Below are positions 27,765-35,203 of a stretch of 64,000 nt of DNA, one piece after another. Position numbers and translations under genes: made by a program. Every line of letters starts with the position of its first letter. The stretch's first letter is position 1. The notes under the pieces are model-generated. The model saw nothing but the letters and a program-made list of their open reading frames with translations, made no database searches and was not told where the DNA came from. Source of the stretch: Candidatus Omnitrophota bacterium. Lineage in GTDB: Bacteria; Omnitrophota; Gorgyraeia; Zapsychrales; Zapsychraceae. Where the stretch lies: the NCBI GenBank assembly GCA_029261055.1, contig JAJDCA010000037.1:10291-74290 (forward strand), read 5' to 3'.

Positions 27765-27838
27765 TCGCTCTTAGTGTAGTGGCAGCACCAGAAATTCTAA
27801 ACTTCTTAGTCAGGGTTCGATTCCCTGGGGGCGATCCA
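27765..27838 (+). tRNA. suppressor-type tRNA, anticodon CUA (amber), CCA encoded
   Basis: Acceptor TCGCTCT/GGGGCGA, D stem GTGT/GCAC, anticodon arm AGAAA-TTCTAAA-CTTCT (U33, A37), T arm CAGGG-TTCGATT-CCCTG, TCCA. Confidence 0.6.
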
Positions 27839-27862
27839 AGTTAAAAGAAAGAAAATAATATC

Positions 27863-28063
27863 ATGGCAAAGAAATTAGAAAAATCAATTGTATTTAGAAA
27901 ATCCAGCAAGCTTGGATTTGGTTTTCAAGTTTATCTATACAAAGTTGCAAAACTATTTGACACTATTCTTAGACGAGGAGATAGAATTGTACTGCGTAAA
28001 GATTACGTAAATCTTCAAGTTCAGTTCATGTTTTGGGAGATGTCAATACTCATCTATGGTTAA
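27863..28063 (+). CDS. hypothetical small protein
   Basis: ORF track. Confidence 0.35.
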   Translation: MAKKLEKSIVFRKSSKLGFGFQVYLYKVAKLFDTILRRGDRIVLRKDYVNLQVQFMFWEMSILIYG

Positions 28064-28084
28064 CAAAAAAAGAAAGAAAACATT

Positions 28085-28567
28085 ATGAGAGAAGTAAGCA
28101 GAATACAAGCTGAAAACATTTGTAAAGAATTGATTGAAATTTCTTCTGATACAGAACATAGGATGACAAGAACATCAAATTGTCTGGTTGATTACGCACT
28201 TATTAAAATTACTGAACAGTCCACACTTTTGAAGGATAAAAATATGGAAGATAAAGAGAAGTCATTACAAGTTCGTGCTATTGATATTTTAAGTAAATAT
28301 CTTAATGATCTAGACAAGAAAGATAATCTTACTGAAAAGGAGGCAGAGTTAGTTTTGGCCATTCAAGAGGTTGCACGTCTTAAGATTATCAAACTTGGTG
28401 ATGTTAAAAATGGATTTCCACCCACTGGGAAAAAAATTAAAAAAATGATTAAAATAATTCAGGAGTCCCATAGTATAGATTTTCGTGCAATTATCTGGGA
28501 TGATCTGATCGATGTCGTTGATATAGACGGCAATTCAATTTCAATTGACAGCAGTGACTTAATTTAG
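28085..28567 (+). CDS. hypothetical protein
   Basis: ORF track. Confidence 0.5.
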   Translation: MREVSRIQAENICKELIEISSDTEHRMTRTSNCLVDYALIKITEQSTLLKDKNMEDKEKSLQVRAIDILSKYLNDLDKKDNLTEKEAELVLAIQEVARLKIIKLGDVKNGFPPTGKKIKKMIKIIQESHSIDFRAIIWDDLIDVVDIDGNSISIDSSDLI

Positions 28568-28589
28568 TCACAACACAAGAGGAGGACAG

Positions 28590-28757
28590 TATGCGTATTA
28601 AGTTTGAAAATTGGAAAGACCTAATTAATGCCAATGGTGTTACATTAAATACCTACAAAACACCAAATGGTTCATGGGTTGGATCTGTTGATACAAACGG
28701 TGAGCTTTTAGGCTTTGTTGATGTTGATTGGAACTTCCTACCAATGGGTGTTCAGTA
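28590..28757 (+). CDS. hypothetical 55-aa protein (unlisted ORF)
   Basis: Strong RBS AAGAGGAGGACAGT; MRIKFENWKDLINANGVTLNTYKTPNGSWVG... Confidence 0.45.
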
Positions 28758-28898
28758 ATAATTAGCAAGGGTTGATAAGATACAGTGGGAAGATGCTTTC
28801 GAGCACGCGATTCATTTATTTGAACTTACTTAGGTCGTTTTTCATAGTTACGAATTGAGTACCTCTGCTTTCAGCCCTTGCACCTTTTAAGATTTGCA

Positions 28899-29174
28899 AT
28901 GAATAAAAATTTTGAACTATTAAATAGAATGCATGAGCTATGTGACATTATAACAAGCTTTGATCCTTACCCAGTCAAGATCAAGGCCCCAATGCATGTT
29001 GTATGGCAAATAAATGAATTGGAAATTATAACATGTGCAAAAGGTCCACTATTTGGAGAAGATATAAAAATAAATAGTAGTTGGGATTTAGTAACTACCT
29101 ATATAGTAGAGTTGGCAGATGGCACAGAAGTCATTAAAGCATGTAGCGAAGGTGGAGTAGATTATGTCAGATAA
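28899..29174 (+). CDS. hypothetical protein
   Basis: ORF track (ATG 28899 preferred over TTG 28878). Confidence 0.4.
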   Translation: MNKNFELLNRMHELCDIITSFDPYPVKIKAPMHVVWQINELEIITCAKGPLFGEDIKINSSWDLVTTYIVELADGTEVIKACSEGGVDYVR

Positions 29175-29379
29175 AAAATTAAAGAGCTTTGAGCTGACTG
29201 CCAGTGGATCTACACACACTCAGGTTAATTTGGTTTTTAACGCTAAAAACAAAGAAGAAGCTGAAAAATTAGTAGATGAAATTCTATCTAATGGACATTT
29301 CAACGGTAAAAAACTAGAATATAGTTTTGATTACACAAATTTCGAAGACATAGATGTAGTGGAGGTTGAAAATGAATGA
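29164..29379 (+). CDS. hypothetical small protein
   Basis: ORF track. Confidence 0.4.
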   Translation: MSDKKLKSFELTASGSTHTQVNLVFNAKNKEEAEKLVDEILSNGHFNGKKLEYSFDYTNFEDIDVVEVENE

Positions 29380-29992
29380 ATGGCGCAAATATCCAAAAAC
29401 TACTAGGTTATCAAAATGTAGAATGAGAATAACTGAAAAGCTCGACGGAACAAACGCTGCAATTGAAATTATAGAAAAGCTTGATGGACCCAATATTGTT
29501 TTATCATATTCTCGCAATAGGCAACTTGGTGAGCCTAAACCCTATACTACAGTACTTGAAGATGGTTCTGAAAAAACATACATGTCTAAAGAGTATGAGC
29601 ATTTTGGATTTAGAGAATGGGTAAAAGAAAACGCTAAAAGATTATCGGAGCTATTGCCGGTTGGTATTCATTATGGAGAATGGTGTGGTCCTGGAATACA
29701 AAAAAATCCTTTAGGGTTGCCTAGCAAGAGGTTTTTTCTATTTAATGGATACCCCAAGGACACGGAAGTAGAAAAGGCACAGGGTATAGGGCTATTTGAA
29801 GTACCAACGTTATATATTGGTAAATTTTCTATAGAAAAAATAGAAGAGGTTCACAATGACCTACTATCAAATGGCACCAAGGTGTTTAATTCAATTGAAC
29901 CAAAGTCACCAGAGGGAATAATCATTAACGCATTTGGTACAAGATTCAAGAAAACAGAATTAGATTTACCAAAGGGTCTTATTGATGAATAG
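29372..29992 (+). CDS. ATP-dependent RNA/DNA ligase-family nucleotidyltransferase (RNA-ligase-like)
   Basis: Motif I EKLDGTN (KxDG), motif III-like HYGEWCG, motif IV PEGIIINAFG, motif V RFKKT. Confidence 0.5.
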   Translation: MNEWRKYPKTTRLSKCRMRITEKLDGTNAAIEIIEKLDGPNIVLSYSRNRQLGEPKPYTTVLEDGSEKTYMSKEYEHFGFREWVKENAKRLSELLPVGIHYGEWCGPGIQKNPLGLPSKRFFLFNGYPKDTEVEKAQGIGLFEVPTLYIGKFSIEKIEEVHNDLLSNGTKVFNSIEPKSPEGIIINAFGTRFKKTELDLPKGLIDE

Positions 29993-30551
29993 CAACCAAG
30001 AAGAAACATTTGATAAAATGTTTAGTGATGGATACTTTGTAGTTTATGAAGCAGATAGTGGTGAGGTGATTTGTCGCAAAACACAAATTAAAGGAAAAGA
30101 CACCACTACATACTATAAGATCATCAAGACCGATGGAACAATATGTAATAAAAAAGAACAAATGATAGAGGATATATTTGGACCATTTAACGAAAACGAA
30201 GATAAAAAATACTTTGATGAATGGAACAATAATGAGATAGAAAGAGGAAGCATTGTTCATGTTTTCAATGATCCGTTTCGTCCAGAGGTAATAGTTCGTT
30301 TTTGTTTTGAAGACGAGTATCGCAGATATGCTTTTGAAATGTATTCTAGAAGAAGCAATATGTTTGAACATGTTGACACCACTCCAAGGGTTATTGTTAA
30401 CGAAAACGAATTAAAAAGATGGTCAAAATATTTATCAGAGTCATCATTCAAACCATTATTCGATATGAACTTGCCATCACTAACTAAAGTAGTATTTAAA
30501 GAAATAGATACCATTGATCGTTGTGCCGTATGGAGAACTGATGAACAATAA
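29982..30551 (+). CDS. hypothetical protein
   Basis: ORF track. Confidence 0.5.
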   Translation: MMNSNQEETFDKMFSDGYFVVYEADSGEVICRKTQIKGKDTTTYYKIIKTDGTICNKKEQMIEDIFGPFNENEDKKYFDEWNNNEIERGSIVHVFNDPFRPEVIVRFCFEDEYRRYAFEMYSRRSNMFEHVDTTPRVIVNENELKRWSKYLSESSFKPLFDMNLPSLTKVVFKEIDTIDRCAVWRTDEQ

Positions 30552-30726
30552 AGAATTTTGGAAATTTTTAAAGAAGTTAGACGATTTTGATAGAGAGTAT
30601 GGTAAAATTTTAGAATTATTAGACGAGATGGGTATCAAGCCAGAACCATTTTATATAGATCCAAGTCAAGCAATTGGTATTGATGAACATAGTCTTGATT
30701 TACTTAAATCAAATAGGCGGAAATAG
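30514..30726 (+). CDS. hypothetical small protein
   Basis: ORF track. Confidence 0.4.
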   Translation: MIVVPYGELMNNKEFWKFLKKLDDFDREYGKILELLDEMGIKPEPFYIDPSQAIGIDEHSLDLLKSNRRK

Positions 30727-30739
30727 GTAATAATTAATA

Positions 30740-32197
30740 ATGTTGTTTACGGAAAAAAAAGCTAAATTGGCTCTAAAAAAGGTCTTTGGCTATGATGAAT
30801 TTAGACCTGGACAGTTAGAAGCGATTATGGACTTGTCAAGCGGTAAAGATGTTCAGGTTATTTTTCCTACATCACACGGCAAGTCTATTTGTTATCAAAT
30901 TCCCGCCATATGCTCCAAAGGCACTGCGCTAGTTGTGTCTCCACTAATTTCATTGATGAAGGATCAGGTTGATGCACTACTTGAAAAGGGCGTAGATGCG
31001 GCATTTCTAAATAGCACACTCTCACCTAAACGACAAACTGAAGTTATGGACATGTTGAAGAATGATGAGCTTAAAATATTATATATAACTCCAGAAAGAT
31101 TCAAGTCGTCATCCTTTAAAACCACACTGATTGATTCAAATATAAGCATTTTTGCAGTTGACGAATGCCACGCCATAAGCGCCTGGGGTCATGATTTTAG
31201 ACCAGATTATAGACGATTGGGGTCTGTCAAGGAAGCATTAGACGTGCCAACCATTGCGTTAACAGCAACGGCAACCACTGTTGTTCAGGACGATATTGAA
31301 ACACAACTAAAAATGCAAAATGTTTCAAAGTATATTCATGGATTCGATAGACCAAATCTAGAATACAGTATAGAACTATTCTCCGATCAATTTCTAAAAG
31401 AAACCGCCATTAAAAAACACATCATAAAGATAGCAAAAGAGGGTGGAGACCCAGCAATTTTTTATTGTGGCACAAGGAAGCAGACAGATCGTATCGTCCA
31501 GATTGTTAAAAGTATCAAGGGTCTAAAAATACCGTCAATTGCAAAATATCATGGAGCAATGAAAGACAAGGACAGAGAAAAGGTACAGGGCGACTTCATG
31601 AGTGGCAAAACACCATGGATTGCTGCGACTAATGCATTCGGTATGGGGATCGACAAAGCTAATGTCAGGAATATAATTCATGTATCGGTCCCTGGGTCGG
31701 TAGAGGCGTGGTATCAAGAGGTTGGACGTGCAGGTCGTGATGGTAAGGATTCTCGGTGCAATCTTTTCTACTGTCAGCGTGATTTAGGTTTGCAGTGGTT
31801 CTTTATTAATATAGCAAATCCATCAAAATATGTTTTTGAAAATGTTTGGGATCTTTTATGGTCATATGGTGATTCTGTTGTGCAAATGACACAGAAGAAA
31901 TTTTATGATGATTATAAGATTAGATGTGGTAGTTCAGATTCGTCTGGCTGTATCAGTACTGCTGTTCGTGTTTTGAAAAAGTCAGGTGCCATAGATCCGA
32001 ATTCTAGTAGAGGCCAAATGGTTTTAATGGATTATCCTAATCGTAGACCAGTAGAACTGTATTTAGATTTTGATAAATTGGAAGAAAAAGAAAAAATGGA
32101 TAGGGACAGATTTGGTAGAATGCTCAATTTTATCAATGGGTATGGCTCTATTCGAAATAGGGTATTGAGATACTTTGGAGAAAGTACTAATGAGTAA
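30740..32197 (+). CDS. recQ: RecQ-family DNA helicase
   Basis: FRPGQLEAI, Walker A PTSHGKSICYQIP, VVSPLISLMKDQV, DECH box VDECHAISAWGHDFRP, motif VI QEVGRAGRDG. Confidence 0.85.
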   Translation: MLFTEKKAKLALKKVFGYDEFRPGQLEAIMDLSSGKDVQVIFPTSHGKSICYQIPAICSKGTALVVSPLISLMKDQVDALLEKGVDAAFLNSTLSPKRQTEVMDMLKNDELKILYITPERFKSSSFKTTLIDSNISIFAVDECHAISAWGHDFRPDYRRLGSVKEALDVPTIALTATATTVVQDDIETQLKMQNVSKYIHGFDRPNLEYSIELFSDQFLKETAIKKHIIKIAKEGGDPAIFYCGTRKQTDRIVQIVKSIKGLKIPSIAKYHGAMKDKDREKVQGDFMSGKTPWIAATNAFGMGIDKANVRNIIHVSVPGSVEAWYQEVGRAGRDGKDSRCNLFYCQRDLGLQWFFINIANPSKYVFENVWDLLWSYGDSVVQMTQKKFYDDYKIRCGSSDSSGCISTAVRVLKKSGAIDPNSSRGQMVLMDYPNRRPVELYLDFDKLEEKEKMDRDRFGRMLNFINGYGSIRNRVLRYFGESTNE

Positions 32198-32570
32198 TGA
32201 TAAGTCTTATTGTATTAAGTGGTCTGCAAAAGATAAGAAATATATAGCAACGTGTGCTGAATTTCCTAGTATTTCAGCTTTGTCTATAGATTCCAAAAGG
32301 GCGATGCAAGACTTAGAGGTTATGATTAGTTATATTGAAAAAGAGACCTATCCTCATTATTCAGAGCTTAGCAATCATTTAGAATCTGATATATCTTTTG
32401 AATGCTGTAGTTGTGTACATCGTTATATGATTAACAAATGTAAAGCCCAGGTGTATGAAGAGGTTTTGGAGGCGTGGAATGCACCAATAAATAAAATGAA
32501 GAAATTTGAATACAAAAGATTTATAGATTGGCTAGAAAATAAAGTTAAAGAAAGTAAGTATGTCCAATAA
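32175..32570 (+). CDS. hypothetical protein
   Basis: ORF track. Confidence 0.45.
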   Translation: MEKVLMSNDKSYCIKWSAKDKKYIATCAEFPSISALSIDSKRAMQDLEVMISYIEKETYPHYSELSNHLESDISFECCSCVHRYMINKCKAQVYEEVLEAWNAPINKMKKFEYKRFIDWLENKVKESKYVQ

Positions 32571-32913
32571 AAACAACAAGTCTAAACAGTACATTAAACA
32601 TGCACATAGTCTGGGATACCGTGTTTTAAGTTGTGGATCTGTCAAATCCCCACTTGGAAAAAGAAGAAAACTAAGAGTTAATACTAGCGGATATTTAAGA
32701 TTTAATATTAAATTTAATAAAGATACTGTAAGTATAGATGTCCATCGGCTTGCTGCATTTCAAGTGTATGGAAGTAAAATATTCAATGATAAGTTAGTTA
32801 TTAGACATTTAAACGATTGCAAAACTGATAATAGGAAGAAAAATTTAAAGCTTGGAACTCACTCTGAAAATTTGATTGATAGTTATAAAAACGGCAAAAG
32901 AAACAGCAAGTAA
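32560..32913 (+). CDS. HNH homing-endonuclease-like protein (HNH_3 type)
   Basis: SGYLRFNIKF...VHRLAAFQVYG...IRHLNDCKTDNRKKNLKLGTHSEN. Confidence 0.65.
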   Translation: MSNKNNKSKQYIKHAHSLGYRVLSCGSVKSPLGKRRKLRVNTSGYLRFNIKFNKDTVSIDVHRLAAFQVYGSKIFNDKLVIRHLNDCKTDNRKKNLKLGTHSENLIDSYKNGKRNSK

Positions 32914-32928
32914 AGAACGGAAATATAC

Positions 32929-33372
32929 ATGGGTAATAGTTTAATAAGATGGTGGGTTGTGTTTTGCACAATGGTTGGAATGATTGCCACTTCATTTTTA
33001 TTTGGTGGTGCAGATTTTATTTTACAAAATGATTCAACTTATATATCTTGGTTGATTATTGCCATTTTTACAATTGCATCATTTCATACCGGCTATTTAG
33101 CACATAATAATACTGATAAGTTTAGTGTAGTTAAATATTTTATTATGGCGTGTGGTATGTTGGGGATGCTCGGAACAGTGGTTGGGTTGTCTATGTCGAT
33201 ATCTGGAACACTTGATCAAATAGATGTTAAAAATATAGAGACAACCAAGTTGGCATTATCAAACATTGCAAACGGAAGTGGTGCTGCATTTACAACAACT
33301 ATAGTTGGGCTTGTGTGTGGATTAATGCTTGAGACACAATTAATAGCAATCAATGGTAAATGGAGAGCTTAA
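32929..33372 (+). CDS. MotA/TolQ/ExbB-family proton-channel protein (short form)
   Basis: Multi-TM; conserved GMLGMLGTVVGLSMSI and AAFTTTIVGLVCGLMLE blocks of the MotA_ExbB family. Confidence 0.6.
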   Translation: MGNSLIRWWVVFCTMVGMIATSFLFGGADFILQNDSTYISWLIIAIFTIASFHTGYLAHNNTDKFSVVKYFIMACGMLGMLGTVVGLSMSISGTLDQIDVKNIETTKLALSNIANGSGAAFTTTIVGLVCGLMLETQLIAINGKWRA

Positions 33373-33973
33373 TTTGTTTAATAAAGCAACTAGTTTAATT
33401 TTTATTGATCTATTATTGAATCTTGTATTGACTTATTTAATTCTATTTGCATTGGCGTTCATCCTAATAAATGACACATCTAGCAAGAACCAAACGAAAA
33501 ATAGCAACAACATACTAATATCAATGGCATGGGATCTTGATTGTGACATTGACTTATGGCTACTAATGCCTGATGGTAGTAAAATTTATTATAATAGAAG
33601 AGATAATCCACCAGCGCATCTCGATGTTGATGTAAAGAGATGGAGAAGATACAAGTATCCCGATACAGGTGAAATTTACACTATTAAAAATAATGAGGAA
33701 ATAATCTCTATTCGTGGAATTATGGATGGTAAGTATGTTGTAAATGCACACGCTTACGACTTACACAATGTTAAAGATTCTATAAATGTAGATATATTGA
33801 TTCAAGATGTTGGAAATTCAAAAATTATTTATGCTGGATCTAAGACACTTAGAAGAGAAGTAGTGGAGCAGAGTTTTGTAACATTCACTGTAAATGACCT
33901 AAAAAATGACAACTATGACATATCTGAAGTTTATACAAATAGACCAGAGTACTTTGTTGGGGAAGACTTATAA
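33353..33973 (+). CDS. ExbD/TolR-like membrane protein with divergent periplasmic domain
   Basis: N-terminal LIFIDLLLNLVLTYLILF matches the ExbD/TolR TM block (PFIDVMLVLLIIFMV) and keeps the TM aspartate. Confidence 0.5.
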   Translation: MVNGELNLFNKATSLIFIDLLLNLVLTYLILFALAFILINDTSSKNQTKNSNNILISMAWDLDCDIDLWLLMPDGSKIYYNRRDNPPAHLDVDVKRWRRYKYPDTGEIYTIKNNEEIISIRGIMDGKYVVNAHAYDLHNVKDSINVDILIQDVGNSKIIYAGSKTLRREVVEQSFVTFTVNDLKNDNYDISEVYTNRPEYFVGEDL

Positions 33974-34443
33974 TGGAATTATTTTTAGCAGCAAGCATTA
34001 TATCTCTCATGTTTATTACTGTATTTTCATTAGTTATAACATTTTATAATACACGCTGGGTTCTAATATTTATGATTCCGCTAGTTATTGCAATTGGAAT
34101 GGTTGGTATAACGTCATATAAATCTATGCTTGGTTATCCTGTAAATATCGAATGGCACCAAATGCCTAACAAGTGGACAGCGATATTTTTTCGTGTTAAA
34201 GATAAAGACAGCATTAGTATTTGGCTACTGGAGAACAAAACCACTAGATTAGTTAAATTGCCATACATAAAAAAAGCACAGGATGCACTTGAGGCAGAGA
34301 AAAAGAAGATGGGCAGCGGCACCCCTGTTACGTTTGGCAAAAATAAAAAGTCTAGCAAAGGCGGCAAGGGTGTTGACGGTTGGAAATATGGCGTTAAATC
34401 ATACGGTGATCCAATTAGGGGGATTTTGCCTAAAAAACAGTAG
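33973..34443 (+). CDS. two-TM membrane protein with Lys/Gly-rich C-terminus (third component?)
   Basis: Two N-terminal TM helices; C-terminal KKKMGSGTPVTFGKNKKSSKGGKG. Confidence 0.45.
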   Translation: MELFLAASIISLMFITVFSLVITFYNTRWVLIFMIPLVIAIGMVGITSYKSMLGYPVNIEWHQMPNKWTAIFFRVKDKDSISIWLLENKTTRLVKLPYIKKAQDALEAEKKKMGSGTPVTFGKNKKSSKGGKGVDGWKYGVKSYGDPIRGILPKKQ

Positions 34444-34467
34444 GCCCTTGTTGTATAGGAGTTAATT

Positions 34468-34785
34468 ATGAAATTGCAAATTGCAGATCGTCTTTGTAGC
34501 TTATGTGAGTGTACTGAACTAGAAGAATTCTTAAAAACAAGTGGCAACGACATCAATATTAAGGCGTTTAATTTTACATGCGATGTAGACGGTTTAAATA
34601 TTCTTACTATTCAGTATAGTGAGACCAAAAGTAACGATGAACTGTATTGTGCTACATTTACAGTAAATGACATGTATTTAGTTTCCAGTGTAATTATTTT
34701 AGATAATGAGCCAGTAGATAAGTCTAAAAATAAATCTAATCAGAACTCTTTAGAGTGGTTTCAAGATTTTATGAAAAAGTCATAG
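34468..34785 (+). CDS. hypothetical acidic protein
   Basis: RBS TAGGAG; ORF track. Confidence 0.45.
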   Translation: MKLQIADRLCSLCECTELEEFLKTSGNDINIKAFNFTCDVDGLNILTIQYSETKSNDELYCATFTVNDMYLVSSVIILDNEPVDKSKNKSNQNSLEWFQDFMKKS

Positions 34786-34853
34786 TGTAGGTTAATACTG
34801 GTAACTAACTTATGACTATTAATAAAAATCATTATACAAAACACCAATAATAC

Positions 34854-34861
34854 TGTATAAT
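34854..34861 (+). promoter_or_regulatory. extended -10 element TGTATAAT
   Basis: TGTATAAT 7 nt upstream of the GAGG that opens element B. Confidence 0.45.
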
Positions 34862-34868
34862 ATATACA

Positions 34869-34938
34869 GAGGCCACGATTCGCGCTTCCTTCTAATATTT
34901 AATTTTTGGTTTAAAAACTAGCGCAATCAATTTCCTCT
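34869..34938 (+). ncRNA. CUUCCUUCUAA-motif structured element, copy B
   Basis: GAGG-CCACGATTC-GCGC-TTCCTTCTAA...GCGC-AATCAATTT-CCTC with nested helices GAGG/CCTC, GATT/AATC, GCGC/GCGC. Confidence 0.35.
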
Positions 34939-34962
34939 AATTCAAATAAAAAAAATAAGCAT

Positions 34963-35067
34963 AGGCTACAAGGCTAGCTTCCTTCTAATCGGTTTCCAAG
35001 CGGATGGTTGTGGGTTCGACTCCCACCTATAGTTTTGTCTATAGTAGCTCAATGGTAGAGTATCCGC
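34963..35067 (+). tRNA. tRNA-Gly(UCC)-like gene with 3' half upstream of 5' half, embedded in motif copy C
   Basis: The 5' motif part AGGCTACAAGGCTAGC-TTCCTTCTAA is at 34963-34992. The 3' half TTTCCAA-GCGGA-TGGTT-GTGGG-TTCGACT-CCCAC-CTATAG is at 34993-35032. After TTTTG comes the 5' half TCTATAG-TA-GCTC-AATGGTA-GAGT-A-TCCGC at 35038-35067. The halves form a complete cloverleaf. Confidence 0.35.
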
Positions 35068-35112
35068 CCTAAAAGTTTCCTTAATATCCTGTGTATTAAA
35101 TACTAAACGATA

Positions 35113-35186
35113 AGGCTATGTAAGTAGCTTCCTTCTAACTAATCAATCTTAGACGTTGAATCAAACTAGCTACCGCAATCTCCTTT
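35113..35186 (+). ncRNA. CUUCCUUCUAA-motif structured element, copy D
   Basis: AGGCTATGTAA-GTAGC-TTCCTTCTAA...GCTAC-CGCAATCTCCTTT. Confidence 0.3.
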
Positions 35187-35203
35187 TTAAGAAAGTTAAT
35201 ATA

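Noticed and set aside
34283-34465. + ORF overlapping the 3' end of 33973..34443
   Set aside because: Alternate frame of the Lys/Gly-rich tail region; no start context.
34963-35090. Bulge-helix-bulge splicing motif at the junction of the permuted tRNA halves
   Set aside because: Leader (CTTCCTTCTAATCGG) and trailer (CCTAAAAGTTTCC) are both pyrimidine-rich and not complementary. No BHB can be drawn, and bacteria and phages lack the splicing endonuclease.
25669-35186. Reading the TTCCTTCTAA motif on the minus strand as a strong RBS (TTAGAAGGAAG) for small minus-strand genes
   Set aside because: No start codon at sensible spacing and no ORF follows on the minus strand at any copy. Nearby tRNAs and promoter elements are all on the + strand.
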